Source: Octopus sinensis
Taxonomy: Eukaryota
Assembly: GCF_006345805.1 (NCBI RefSeq)
Contig: NC_042999.1
Coordinates: forward strand, 75,144,001 to 75,208,000
Direction: 5' to 3'
DNA length: 64,000 nt
Below the pieces are notes generated by a model. That model was given only the letters and a program-made list of their open reading frames with translations. It was not told where the DNA came from and ran no database searches. A program made the translations under genes and the position numbers. Positions within the stretch are counted from its first letter, which is position 1. Every line of letters begins with the position of its first letter. This document shows, in pieces, positions 1-13,658 of this stretch.

Positions 1-14
1 CGGTATACTTGAGA

Positions 15-247
15 AAGGCGGCGAGCTGGCAGAAACGTTAGCACGCCGGGCGAAATGCTTAGCAGTATTTCGTCTGCCGTTACGTTCTGAGTTCAAATTC
101 CGCCGAGGTCGACTTTGCCTTTCATCCTTTCGGGGTCGATTAAATAAGTACCAGTTACACACTGGGGTCGATATAATCGACTTAATCCGTTTGTCTGTCC
201 TTGTTTGTCCCTTCTGTGTTTAGCCCCTTGTAGGTAGTAAAGAAATA
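15..247 (+). mobile_element. tRNA-derived SINE (Octopus-type) with 13-bp target-site duplication
   Basis: tRNA-like head with B-box GAGTTCAAATTCC and central GCCTTTCATCCTTTCGGGGTCGAT. Flanking direct repeat GGTATACTTGAGA at 2-14 and 248-260. Degraded relatives at about 4040-4220 and 56930-57145 (minus). Confidence 0.85.
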
Positions 248-619
248 GGTATACTTGAGATTAAGCGGTTCAAAAATAATCTCGTGACTAACCCCACGTA
301 AGGCATAACTAAAGAAGTGAGGTGCAGAAAGGTAATTTGGATTGCACTTCATTTCACTGAAAGATTGATCTAATAGATGTAAAATATTTTTTAATTTTAT
401 AGAGATTTCCCACAAGAACATAAAAGATTCTTCAACATATATACAGATAGAATCACCTACAGCAGTAACCCTTACATGAAATATACTATTACGCATAAGT
501 CCACCACCATAGTTGTGCATGGATAGGAACACTATAGCATATCCAATAAGTGGATTATGTAACGTCAGTTCAATTATTTTGAGACAGAAGTCAAATCTGC
601 CAAAACTGAGTAGAACACT

Positions 620-930
620 GGTGCTCCGTCGGTTACGACGTTGAGGGTTCCAGTCGATCTAATTAAAGGAACAGTCTTACCATGCAAATGACTGAGCACT
701 CCACAGACACAGATGCTCTTAATGTAGTTCTCAGAGAGATTCAGCATGACTCAGAACGTGACAAGACCGGCCCTTCGAATTACAGGTACAGTTCATTTTT
801 GCCAGCTGAGTGGACTGGAGTAACGTGAAATAGAGTATCCTGCTGAAGGAGACAATGCGCCGCTGGGAATTGAACTCACGACATTACGATCCTGAGCCAA
901 TTACCCTAACCATTAAGCTACGCACCTTCA
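620..930 (-). mobile_element. tRNA-derived SINE, second family
   Basis: Minus-strand B-box GAGTTCAATTCC near 865-880. Aligns along its length with 59165-59462. Confidence 0.7.
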
Positions 931-1605
931 TACTTGAACATTAATCTTAAACGATATATACAAGTGACAGAAAGATCCGTTAAGTGGATATGGCGAGATG
1001 AAAATTGCATAGCGTAACTCAAAATATCACCAAAATATTCACACGATATACGAATGCTGTAATGTTAGTATTTCGTCTCATTTTCTTGCTTTCAGTAGGT
1101 TTTCCTCCTTAGAATTTTCTCCAAACTCTTCTGGAGTTGCAGGATGTTTCCCAATTTTCTCCCCCTTGCTTCTCTTTATTTCCTTCTCTCTCTCTCTTTC
1201 TCTATTGTTATTTAGTATGTATATAAATATACTACAGAAAAACGGATCATGGCCTCAGAGATAACTAACCCCGAAAAAGTATGGAGTACTGCCCCTTTCA
1301 GTATACTGCAAGATCACAATATATTTTCACACTCAAATCTTCATATGCTATGAACGTAGTGAAAGATAACTTCCATACATTCCTAACGTGTATTAACCAA
1401 ATTCTAGTCCGCCACAGTCATGCACAAGTCACAGAAACTGATAAGAAATTTAAAACTTTTTCGATTCAAAATTTGTATTTTTTACATTTTTGTCCTGAAA
1501 ACTTAGCGTATTCCTAAATGAATAATAATTTTGACTCTATACCTCATTATATAAGAGCGATAACTTTGGAGTTACTAGACAAGGATCACAATATGTATGT
1601 AAATA

Positions 1606-1648
<43 letters not shown>

Positions 1649-2014
1649 ATGTATGTATGTATGTATGTTTATGTGTACTCAGCTATTCTAGAAAAAACTT
1701 TAAGAGACTATGCATTATTTCTTAATCCCTTATTTACTATAACTATGCAATTTTGTTTGAATTATGAATTAAATACTTTGAATTATACCACGTTTTCCTA
1801 GTCCATTCTCTTTTTCTAATATGTATCTACCCTCTCAATGATGAACCACTTATGGCCATCTTTGTTAAGCAGCTTCAACCTTTGATTCAGTTGCAGATCA
1901 AGCAGACGTTTTAGAGGTAAACCAACCCGAGCACTTATAGAATAGATCTATTAATTCATTAGTCGGAATTATATATATATATATATATATAACAAAGTGG
2001 AGTTGTAAGGTACC

Positions 2015-2092
<78 letters not shown>

Positions 2093-2238
2093 ATACATAC
2101 ATACGTACATATATACTTATGTGGTAAATCGAAAGTGAGCGAACTTTCATACGGGTACATAGAGGCAAAATTATAATTCCGGAATACGTTAAATTATATT
2201 TATATAATTATATATGTATATAATCGAATTTTTTGCAG

Positions 2239-2345
2239 GTAAAGTGGATACATGGAAAAAATGGTTTACCGTTGAGCAAAGTGAACGAATTGATGCAAAG
2301 ATCCAATCAGAATTCATTGATAAAGGAATCATATTCAATTTCTAA
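2239..2345 (+). CDS. SULT-like paralogue 1, terminal coding exon (rest of gene lies upstream of the window)
   Basis: ttttgcag acceptor, then (G)KVDTWKKWFTVEQSERIDAKIQSEFIDKGIIFNF-stop. Same 107-nt length and phase as exon 5 of copies 2 and 3. Contains KxxxTVxxxE. AATAAA at 2492-2497. Confidence 0.9.
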
Positions 2346-2916
2346 ATAATTCCACTTGTGTTAAAAAGAAGTATTTTAAGTTAGAATTTAAAATCCTAAT
2401 AAGCAGATCTATGCCCGTTGAATTTGAATATAGCCAGTTTATATAAATTAATGACATGAAAGTAATTTGTAATAATGATTGAGCAAATGTTAATAAAACC
2501 TATAATATATATTTTTGTCCAATTTCATAATTCTTTCATTATTTCATGTTCGACGAACTATTTGACTTTAGCATCAGACCTCCTTCTGCGCTATCGTAGT
2601 TTGTTATGCAAAATTTATCATTTTTTCCACGTGCATTGCTCCTGAAACATAAATTTACAAATTACATATACAAAGGTATTTCTCATGTCTGTATCATTGT
2701 TAGAATAGTAAGAATAACAAACTCAAATCTCACCATCACAGCCTAAATTAAAACAGGCTCGAAATCAATATCACCAGGTTAAGCAAAATAAATATATGCA
2801 GCCGCCACACTAGTCAGAAATAAAAATATACGTTTCATAAAATATATTCATATAACAATATCAAACCCTAAAAACTACTGGCAAAGGGAACATAGAAAAA
2901 GATGAAAATATAACTA

Positions 2917-3899
2917 TTAGGTTGTCAAGTAAGTTCTTGCGGTTTTTAACCTTTAAATTCAGATGCACATATCTCGGCTCAAACAAAACTTTATTAATCG
3001 AAAAACACCATCAGAATAAACACACTTTTTCCAACGCGAAACTAGTTTATTTTTGCCAGTAGCATAAAAATCATGCGTTCTGGTTGCGATGAAATCGTTG
3101 AAGGTGTGTTTGGCATCGTCTTGGTTTTTGAAGCATTTCTCACGCAAGAAGTTGACGAGATGCTTGAAAAAATGGTAGTCGGTAGGCGAGAGGTCTGGTG
3201 AGTAACGCAGATGAGGCAGAGTTTCGTAGCCCAATTCGTTCAACTTCTGCAGGGTCATTTGTGCGACGTGCGGCCGAGCGTTGTCATGGAGAAGCATTGG
3301 TCCTTTCCAATTGAGCAATGCTGGCCATTGCTGTCGGAGTTGGTTGTCGTTCAATTCGTGCGGCACCCCATTTCTCAAATATTTTTGTTTTTCCAATCTC
3401 TTTCAAGTGGTTGGAAATTGTCGTATACGTTACGTCTAATTTAGAAGCAAGATCTCGAACAGCTGTGCGTAGACTGGCTTCCACTAAGGCTCTTAGTTGA
3501 TCGTTTTCAACATCTGATGGCCGACCACTACGTTTATCATCTTCAAGACTCTCGTCACCGCTACGAAATTTCCTGAACCACCATTTTGCTGTACGTTCAT
3601 TAATGGTTCCTGGGTCAAACGCATCGTTGATATCGCGAGCTGTTTCAGCAGACTTTTCGGCCTAGCTTGAACCGGAATACGAAAATTGCGCGAATTTGCT
3701 TTTTGCTCATGCTGTATTCAACGTTCCGAAAAAATGGCCTAATTATTCAAAAAGAAAAGGAGTAACATGATTAGATAGAACGAGAAACAGGCTTTAAAAT
3801 GATATATAAAGTCAAAGTAATTTAACGAAAATTAATTTGAAAATACATAATTTAAAACCAAAAATTAAAAATTCCGCAAGAACTTTCTTGACAACCTAA
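2917..3899 (-). mobile_element. Internally deleted mariner (DD34D) transposon
   Basis: TIRs TTAGGTTGTCAAG...CTTGACAACCTAA with TA on both sides. Remnant motifs (W)VPHEL, HDNARPH and YSPDLSPTDYH. Frameshifted, with a central deletion. Confidence 0.95.
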
Positions 3900-4349
3900 T
3901 AGTAATCTCTCAAACATTAATAAAATCTATAACTATATGACACAATTGAAATGCATATATTTCAGATTTATAATTTAATGAATAATAAGTATCCGAACTC
4001 CATAACCTTGAGAAAATAGGCTCTGACTAAATCGAAAGGTGTAAGACCTGAAATATTGTGGAACGGGCTATTCTATTACATCGAGCCCTGTGCAAATCTG
4101 ATGCTTAATTTGTCAACTCTGAAAGGATTAAAAGAGCAAAAGTCACCCTCGGTGTATTTTTAACTCAGAACATAAAGAAGAAAGATATGCCGCTAGGCAT
4201 TTTGTCAGGCGTGCTAATGGCGAAGTTTTCTTTTAAGAAGAGAGAGAACCGCTCAGGGTTTAAATATTTGTTTTTGCTTCATTATTAATATGAAATGTTT
4301 TTATTTTTCTGATGAGTGAGAAGACATATGAAATAATATTTCCATATAA

Positions 4350-4880
4350 TCCATTTTTGCTTGAGTGAATGCAGTAAGCTAGCGCAAAAACAGTATAAAA
4401 GCAGTCAGGATTATTTTAGGTAAGAGAGGAAATTGAGATGTTAGCTGAGTGTGTAGATTCAGAATAAAAGAAATGTGGTATGAACATGAGTCAGATTCAG
4501 TGATGCAGAATAATAACTTGAGGATATCATGGAATTTCCACATAAAGACTAACCATAGTACTGTAACAGGAAGGTCAAATATGATTATAAAGAATAAAAA
4601 AGTGCAAGACCATAAAGTTCAATACTGTATACTAACAGAGTGGATACCAAAGAGACTGAGAAGATTGGGAAATATCAGGATCTAGGCAGAGTGATCACAA
4701 AATTATGGGAGACTATGATGACAATTATTCCTGTGGTAATTAATGTACTTGAAACAACACCCTAATTCCTACCTAAGAGGATGACAGATATTGGAAATGA
4801 GACTTGCATTGCCGACATGTCGGAAAATATAAGCCTCTATTCTACAAGAATCTTAAGAAATATTCTCGTGATTTGAGGAA
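4350..4880 (+). mobile_element. Degenerate 3' fragment of R4/Dong-like RLE retrotransposon
   Basis: WYEHESDSVMQNNNLRISWNFHIKTNH resembles the WYEHxP...ILWDFxIQTDH segment preceding the restriction-like endonuclease. Multiple stops. Confidence 0.7.
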
Positions 4881-4943
4881 ACTTTTATCACCAAACATCT
4901 CTGCTAAATAATATAGGATGTAATAGATTTTATTATTATTATT

Positions 4944-5414
4944 GAGTGAGAGAGCAGTGCATGCCATCAAAGTGACACTGGGGTAAAATATACGAAGCCC
5001 AATATACCCATCATGACTACCCGTCTGATAAAGGTACACCAGGCACATGCATCACAATCATATGTGCGCGACATGGTGATCTCATATCAATATAAACAGC
5101 ACATGACCTTGCAGGTGGGGCCCAGTTAGAATTTTCTTCAGGTTGAGTAGCCCATCCCGCTCAAAAGGTCCCTGAATAAGGGTTGTTTAAGGATGTTGAA
5201 AGAACCACCCATGTTTCCAGAGGTGAATTATTCAAACCCCAAAGAATCCCCCTCAACACATGGCCATGATGCTCCCCCACTGCTTCTGCTCATGATCAGA
5301 GATGCACATATCGTCAGCCACTAAGGGACATGCTCAACTGGTTAAGGTCAAACAACTGACAAGCAAATCTGTGGTATTGAGCAGAATATTTGCTGTAGCC
5401 CATCTTTTATACCA

Positions 5415-5498
<84 letters not shown>

Positions 5499-6007
5499 AC
5501 AACAATAATAATCCTTTCTACTTTGGGCTATGTCTTAGTATCAAAAATAGGCTAAAGTAAATATTCTGCTCAATACCACAGATTTGCTTGTCAGTTGTTT
5601 GACCATAACCAGTTGAGCATGTGCATCACTGACCACGAGCAGAAGTAGTGGGGGAGCATCATAGCCATGTGTTGAGAGGAATTCTTTGGGGTTTGAATAA
5701 TTCACTTCTGGAAACATGCGTGTTTCATTCATCATCCTTAAACATCCCTTATTCAGGGATCTTTTGAGCGGGATGGGCTACTCAACCCGAAGAAAATTCT
5801 AACTGGGCCCCACTTGCAAGGTCATGCACTGTGTATCTTGACAAAACATTCCCATGTCCCACACATGTGGTTGTGATGCATGTGCCTAGTATACTCTTAT
5901 TACAAGGGTAGCCATGATGGGTATTTTGGGCTAATTGTACCTCAGTGTCACTTTGATGGCATGTGCTGCTCTCTCACTCAATAATAATAATAATAATAAT
6001 AGTGATG

Positions 6008-6071
<64 letters not shown>

Positions 6072-6555
6072 CATTGTTTTGTCTTGGTATAAAAGATGGG
6101 CTACAGCAAATATTCTGCTCAATACCACAGATTTGCTTGTCAGTTGTTTGACCTTAACCAGTTGAGCATGTCCCTTAGTGGCTGACGATATGTGCATCTC
6201 TGATCACGAGCAGAAGTAGTGGGGGAGCATCATAGCCATGTGTTGAGAGGGATTCTTTGGGGTTTGAATAATTCACCTCTGGAAACATGGGTGGTTCTTT
6301 CAACATCCTTAAACAACCCTTATTCAGGGACCTTTTGAGCGGGATGGGCTACTCAACCTGAAGAAAATTCTAACTGGGCCCCACCTGCAAGGTTATGTGC
6401 TGTTTATCTTAATATGAGATCACCATGTCGCGCACATATGGTTGTGATGCATGTGCCTGGTGTACCCTTATCAGATGGGTAGTCATGATGGGTATATTGG
6501 GCTTCGTATACTTTACCCCAGTGTCACTTTGATGGCATGAACTGCTCTCTCACTC
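4944..6555. mobile_element. Three copies of a ~470-bp non-coding repeat embedded in (TAA)n: 4944-5415 opposite to 5531-5979 and 6071-6555
   Basis: Copies align directly. All share the fixed end CTCTCTCACTCA-(ATA)n and differ in truncation at the other end. A fourth copy lies at 19844-20317. Confidence 0.85.
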
Positions 6556-6594
<39 letters not shown>

Positions 6595-7199
6595 TTATAA
6601 TAGTTTCAAATTTTGCCACAAGGGTAGCCATTGTTGGGGAGGGGATCTGTCGATTCATTCGTATCATAATTCATCCTCACAAATTGCTATTTATACTACG
6701 TGTCCTCCATACATAGTACTATACATGTCATTTAGCATACGTGTCAGTTATCATACACTGTCATTTCCGTAAAAGCATCATTATTATTTCCACTCCTTGT
6801 GTTCTAGAGCACATTGCACAGTAAGATGACGCCACTGGTTTCTGTTGGCTACGGTTTTCTCAATGTCCAGTCATGTTATACTGGCCTCTCTACTGTCAGT
6901 TATGAAAGATCTGTACCATGTACTTTTCGTGCTTTCTATTTCCCTCCGGTAGCGTAAATTTGAAAGTTCTTTTAGAATACTGTTGTTCAAGTAGCCAGGG
7001 AATGTGACCAGCAAAGTTTTTTATCTTCGCTCTGTGAGGATTTCACTCAGTGGTCTTTAGAATATTTTGATTGGTTATGTGATGTTGCCAGTACAATCTC
7101 AGAATCTTATTCAAGCATCTTTATAGAACACACCCAGGTTTTTACTAATTTTCACGATGCCTTTCATGTAACTCTAGCATAAAAAAAAGTTTAGACCCA

Positions 7200-10100
7200 A
7201 CTTAAGGGTAGTAAGGGTTCTGCAGTCTTGGTTGACAATCTTACTAGGGATGGTGTCTTGATAAAAATACCGGTTGGTGGCTAACCTTAAAATACCTACC
7301 TCAATGTTGAGTGAAAATGTCTACTACAAATGTGTCAAATAATGGTGTTAATGAGGCTGGAACCAAAGGTGAAAGCCTTTTGCCCAGCAAGTGCCCTGTT
7401 GTTGAGCAGCGCAGGCCTGGTCGTCATTCAAAGACTGTTTGTACACAAAGCTAGAGGCAGGTGGGATAAGGAAGTAAACCGAATAGTAATTGAATGCTGG
7501 ATCAGGAATGAACCCAGCAGAAGGGGATTCCGACAACGAATGAAAGCAAAATGGAATGAGATAGGACTTTTCGAAATAAGTGAGCAACGGTTAGCCGACC
7601 AGGCAAGAGCAATAAGAACAAAAGGGTGGTTAACAGACATGGAAATAGATGAGATAAAAAGAAAAGTAGAAGATAGAAATAACTCTTCACCAACAGATAA
7701 CGTGCCCAGTGAGAACAGAAAAATGAAAGGCGACAGTGAAAATGTAGAGCAAAGTGTAAATGTAAATGCATTCCCAGCAAATGAAGCAGAAGTAATAGGA
7801 AGGGCTATATCACAAGAATATGATGATGACCAACCAGACATACTGAGGACGTTGTGCCGATATATTAGAGAAGACCAGGATCAAGCACCCCCACTCCAAC
7901 ATTTTCAGTACGAAAGTATAAGAATAATGCTGGGAAGAACATATAGAATAAGAGATAAAGGTTATGATTTGATATTGGAAGAATTGAAACAAAAAGTAGT
8001 AGCAATCAAAGTAAAACTGTGTAAGATATGACAATAGTAAAAAACAGTTCAGGCAAAATAGATTGCTAGAGAAACTGTTTCAGGAACTAGATGGGCAGTT
8101 ACACGTAACAATGATACCAGATGCAGAGGAAATCAAGGCATTCTGGAGAGGGATCTGGGACCAACCTGTAGGGCGTAATGATGGAACTACATGAAATCCA
8201 AGATTAATTAAGAAAATAGAAGTCCAAGAAGACATAACGATAACTACAGAAATGATAAAAACGCAGTTAAGAAAATTCTTACATTGGAAGAGCCCAGGAC
8301 CGGATGGGGTCCATGGTTATTGGATGAAGAAGCTAAGAGGGCTCCATGAAAGGATAGCACAACAGCTAGATAAGTGATTGCAGGAAGGCGCAGTACCCAG
8401 CTGGATGACAAAGGGATCCTGAAAAGGGAAATGTTGCCGCCAACTTTAGACCAATTACATGCTTTCCACTAATGAGGAAACTAATGTGACGTGCTTTGGC
8501 CGGTGAACTGTATAGATGGAAAAAAAGTGGGCTACTATCAATTGAACAGAAAGGTTGCCGAAAAAGGAGACGGAGACGAAGCATCAGCTCTTAATTGATA
8601 ATTTAATTATCAAGAACTGCATGAGGATTCGTAAAAATCTGTGCAGGGCATGGATTGACTATCGCAACGCATACGATATGATACCACACTCCTGGATAAT
8701 AAGAACAATGGAAATGTATGGAGTAGCAGAAAATATGATAAGTCTTATATGGAATAGCATGAATTGCTGGAGAACGAATTAACAGCAGGGAATCAGATAT
8801 TAGAAGAGGTGAAAATCAAAAGAGGATATTCATGTTAAAAATGATCCACTTAAGTGAAATATACAGAAAACAAAGTTGGGGTATGATCTGGGAAGAGGTA
8901 AGGGAAAACTGAACCACTCGCTGTTCATGGACTGCATGAAGCTATTCACAAAAACTGAGGCAGAACTGGACAACCTAGTCCAGTCTGTGCGGATTTTCCC
9001 CAATGATATTAAGATGGAGTTTGGACTCTCAAAATGTGCTACGATGGGTGATGAGACGAGGAAAACTTGCCAGGACAGACGGCATATGTATGTCAAGTGG
9101 TGAAATGATGAAGGCAAGTGAACCTGAATTCAGTTAGAAATACCTGACTGAGAAAAGGAGATGGAATTAAACACAACGATATGAAAAAAAGAGAAAGAAA
9201 GAGTACCTAAGGCGTGTGAGAAAAGTATTGGCTTCAAAGATGAATACCAGAAACATAATTTCAGCTATAAACTTGCGTGCAGTTTCAGTAGTTCAGAATG
9301 GTGCTGAAATCCTGAAATGAACAGAAGAGGAGCTAAAGGAATTAGACGGGAAGACAAGAAAGCTCCCAACGATGCATGGAGCCCATCATCCACGTGCAGA
9401 CATTGATCGCTTATACATGAAGAAAGCAAATGGAAGAAGGGGACTAATAAGTGTGGAAGACTGCGTGCGTATTGCATTCGAGAGTTTAATGAGATACCTA
9501 GCCCAAAGTGAGGAAACCTAGCTAGTGAAAGTTAGGAACAAGGGTGTTCCTAATATCACAGACTGGACTAGGTTGTCCAGTTCTGCCTCAGTTTTTGTGA
9601 ATAGCTTGATGTCGTCCATGAACAGCAAGGGTATATTGAGAGCAAAGAAAAAAGGGAAAGCAGAGAAAGAAGTACGAAAAGGACATGAAGAAGAATTATG
9701 CAAGAAGGAACTACATAATCTATTTCATGTAGCCACAACTGAAGATACATAGGTAGGATTGCTGAAGAAAGGGACATTGAACAAAGAGACTGAGAGCACT
9801 ATACTGGCAGCGCAAGACCAAGCTTTGGCTAAGAATTGGAGGGTCAACCTTTGGAATGAGCAAGTGTCTCCGATGTTCAAAAAAGAAGGCAAAACAATTG
9901 ATAAATATACCCTCTTATGTGCAAAATATCCCAGCTATGAAACATGAAGAAGGTGAACATAGTGCCAATCGTTGTTGGGTCCTTGGAAGCAATATAGAAG
10001 GCATCAAGAGGAATACACAGGAAATTGGAATAGAGTATCCAGTAGAACTGAAACAAAAGGTTTGCTTCCTTAGCACGGCCAGAATAATCAGGAAAGTATT

Positions 10101-10230
10101 AGACAGTTGCAAAGAACAGATAGCATGGTACCGCAGGCTACAGGCAGCAAGCCCACTACAAATGCAAAACTCCGAAGTTCCAACAAAACCTGAGATAAAA
10201 ATAAAAAATAACAATGATAATTATAATAAT
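7200..10230 (+). mobile_element. Decayed R4/Dong-clade non-LTR retrotransposon
   Basis: N-terminal [16 protein letters not shown]...[14 protein letters not shown] motifs (AWIDYRNAYDMIPHSW, LFMD), KETESTILAAQDQAL and an AAT-rich tail. Many stops and frameshifts. Confidence 0.88.
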
Positions 10231-10414
10231 TGGGAGGACCACAGCAAATTACAAACATCATAGACGTGTGACAGCGAGCTGCCTGGGATGATAGGTCAAA
10301 TCTGAAACCATCAAGAAGCAGAAGTTAAGAATCCGCAAAAAACAATGGAAGTAAAGTATGTTTTAATGTAAGTAATTTCAGGAAACCGAAATATTTCTCT
10401 TCATATATGGAGTG

Positions 10415-10448
<34 letters not shown>

Positions 10449-11249
10449 ATAGCTTCTCTCTGATGTGCCGCCACAGCAAAACGTCCGTGAAGATATAAAC
10501 ATGTGGACTGCAATACTTCTAGACCAAAACTGCGAAATTGTAAGTAAATTTTTAATCTGATATGCAAACCTATCCCCTGAAGAGGGAAAAAGAGCAATTA
10601 TGATTGAGGCTCTGTGAAAAAAAAAAAACAATAAATAGAGAATAAAGAATAAAGTAGAAAGAAATAGAAAACTTCGTCTTGTGGGCCTCGGGCAATCGTG
10701 ATACGAAAGAAGCTTCAATACACCTCCAGAGGATGTGTTCTCTGTCAAAAAGTTAGCGCTGTAAAGACGGACCCATCTCTTATTGTCACAGCCCTAACGA
10801 ATAACAAAACTAGAAACGAATGATGGACAGATGACAACAATTACAATGAAGTGATATACGCTTACAAGAATGCAACACTATGCCCAAAACACACAGGAAT
10901 ATATTCATACAGTAAATACCCAGTTAAACGAACAACTCCCTACATATGCCATGAAGGGCCAATACCCAACAGAAGAATAGCGCACAATACACACAGAACA
11001 CACAATACAAATATTACCACAACAGAACAAACTAAACTTTGTAGCAAAACATATTCCCCAATACAATACTCCCCCAACGACAAAAACAAACAAAAACAAA
11101 AATGCAATGCTGCACACACCTCAGCAGCACGAAAGTGTAGAATGTGGTACAATAGAAACTTACTTGAAACTATCAGATGTTGAATAATAATAGTGAAGAA
11201 CATTCCCATTACCTTACCTCATTTTATGAGAGACAGGGTTTTGCACAGA

Positions 11250-11935
11250 AACTCTGATTGTAACAGTGAAAATTAGGCTGGACCTTTCAGGCAAGGGATC
11301 TTGCTTGGCAATGGTTCAGTACAGATGCAGAATGACTACAGCTATTACCCTAAGATAAAATCAGTAGATAATAGAGTAAAGAAACGGAAGTGTACTAGCG
11401 AAGAAAATAAGATAGTAATGCAGAGTTACTTAGAAAGTGTACCTAAAAGAATGGGTTTTAGAAAAAGAATGTTAACATTTTGGGTAAAGAAGGGTATGTT
11501 TAAAGTGACTGAGCAGAGACAAGTAGATGAAGCTGATGCCATTAGGAGAAGAAAGTGGATGACAAACATAGAAGTGGAAGAGGTCACCAGAGAACTGACA
11601 AAGAAAGACCAAGCAATTGAAAAGCCAAGCAACAATATAGACGCAGTTAAAACCAAAGAAGGATCAAGAGGAAAGAATGACAATAGCACTAACTACCAAT
11701 CAATAATGGCACTAGCGAATTAAGCAACCAGAAGACCAGAAGATCAGTATTAAAAGGAGCCAACAGAAGAAAGCTGCTAGATATGATTAGGAAGGTAGAT
11801 TCTGTTATCTGTAGGATAGATACTAAAAATATAGGTAACTTTAACTTCTTGATCTACGTAGGAGGGGTAGTTGTTTGTAGAAGATTAGGTATTCCTCAAG
11901 GAAAGATTATGAAAAAACAAATGTGGAGTGAAGCT
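11250..11935 (+). mobile_element. 5' fragment of a second R4/Dong-like element
   Basis: KRKCTSEENKIVMQSY...GFRKRML...VTEQRQVDEADAIRRRKWM is homologous to the N-terminus of the 7330 ORF. Confidence 0.75.
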
Positions 11936-12835
11936 TTTTGGACAAAATCTGAAAAGGGTGGAAGCTTGTCTTATAGCCGGTTTGGTTACTGTTTGTGTAA
12001 CACTACTTTTATATGTTTCCTATTTGGAAATAGATAATAAATATATTTTTACTTTTGAAGTAAGAATATATATTGATAAACACGTCACTTATAACTCACT
12101 TATAAGTGTTATCATACATAAATCCTGACTCCAGCTACATAAATGTCATAGCGAGAAATATATATACTTTGAAACGCTAACGGATAAATAGATTCGTGTT
12201 ATTTTAGCCGCTATAATAAATAGTTTCATAATAGCAGAAATAAATTTCATTAACAAGTTGAAGAACGTGAAGAAAGAGAAAATAATTACTACATTATTTT
12301 ATTTATGTACATTTAGCATTTATAGTACAATTGGAAAGGAAAGTCATTTTGTCGTAGAGAATTACAACTTAAAATTCACACTAGCTAATCCTTCATACTA
12401 ACAACTAGAGTTCATAACAATTCAAATGTCTTGTTGGATTTTTATCATAGATATGGAATAAAAAATAGCCAATATCTCAATGAGAGAGTGTTGTGGAGTT
12501 TAGTAACATCCTACGAACACTGAGTAATTTCCCCTAAATCAGGGTTTTTATAACTGCTCATATCCGAATTCTAAGGACCGTATTTCGTAAAAGATTTCTT
12601 TGACGAAAGTTTAGAATTCGTATATGGGCAGTAATGTTAACGAATGGGATACCAACAATTATGCTTGTTTGGGAAAACGAACATTACGTCATATTGCCGC
12701 CTTTTATCACTTGTTACACTTGGAAACTGAACAACTCTGTGAAAGCCAAAATAACCGCTTTTCATTATATATTCCTCGTTGACTGCTACAACTGATATAA
12801 GTGTGAATGAACTTTGAAATTTGTACTGCACGTAT

Positions 12836-13615
12836 AGTAGGGGGGACCGGGGCAAGTTGATGCATTTTCTCAAGAGAAAATGCGAAACTACTTTCGGACG
12901 GTTTAATGTCATCATAGTAGTGCTGTTAGTATAAGCTTCCCCCTCATTTGATTTCGTCGCCTTTGTGAGAGTTTGTCTGCTACACGTGGACAACATTGGA
13001 ATTTTCCACTTGGTAAGTTATTTTCGACATGTTTGATAATTAGTTATTTTGGATATTGTTTAAGACTCCATTATGTGTATTAAACCTTAAGGAGTTAGTA
13101 ATATATCTCTCACGACCCTATACAAATGGACTCTTGCGAAACCCTAGTGGTTTTCTCTCAGTGTTTACATTTACGAGGGAAATGGGGTCGGGGCAAGTTG
13201 ACACATGTAAACAGGGGTACATTGACACAGTTTGTCAACTTGCCCTAGTCTGTGATAAAGTTGTTGTAGGTTGCTTACATTGATTCACAGACTGTATCTA
13301 TCCCATTTTATCTAAGAGTGTTTGCTATTTGATAGTCTATTTGTCTGGTATATTGGATCAATTCGTTGAGTAATTTATGTATTGCTTGCTATAGTTTTAG
13401 ATCAGCTATCTTTATCTATACCAACCTATTCTATCTTCATACCACTACTTACTTAGTCAACAGCTTGTATACTGCCTAAGCTTTGTAACCTGTACCACTG
13501 ATATATAAGCATGAAGTTATGCCGTTACCAGGTATGCTTGACACTAAAAAGTAGGTAAACACTCAGAGCTTCGTTTTGCTTTCACTGTTGGATTATGCAA
13601 TGAGCTAAATTGCTT

Positions 13616-13658
<43 letters not shown>

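Noticed and set aside
2959-3500. SETMAR-like host gene
   Set aside because: No SET domain, bounded by mariner TIRs, deleted and frameshifted.
10570-10625. CTGAAGA...GAAA hammerhead-like boxes
   Set aside because: Followed by poly-A with no stem III, cleavage triplet or stem I.
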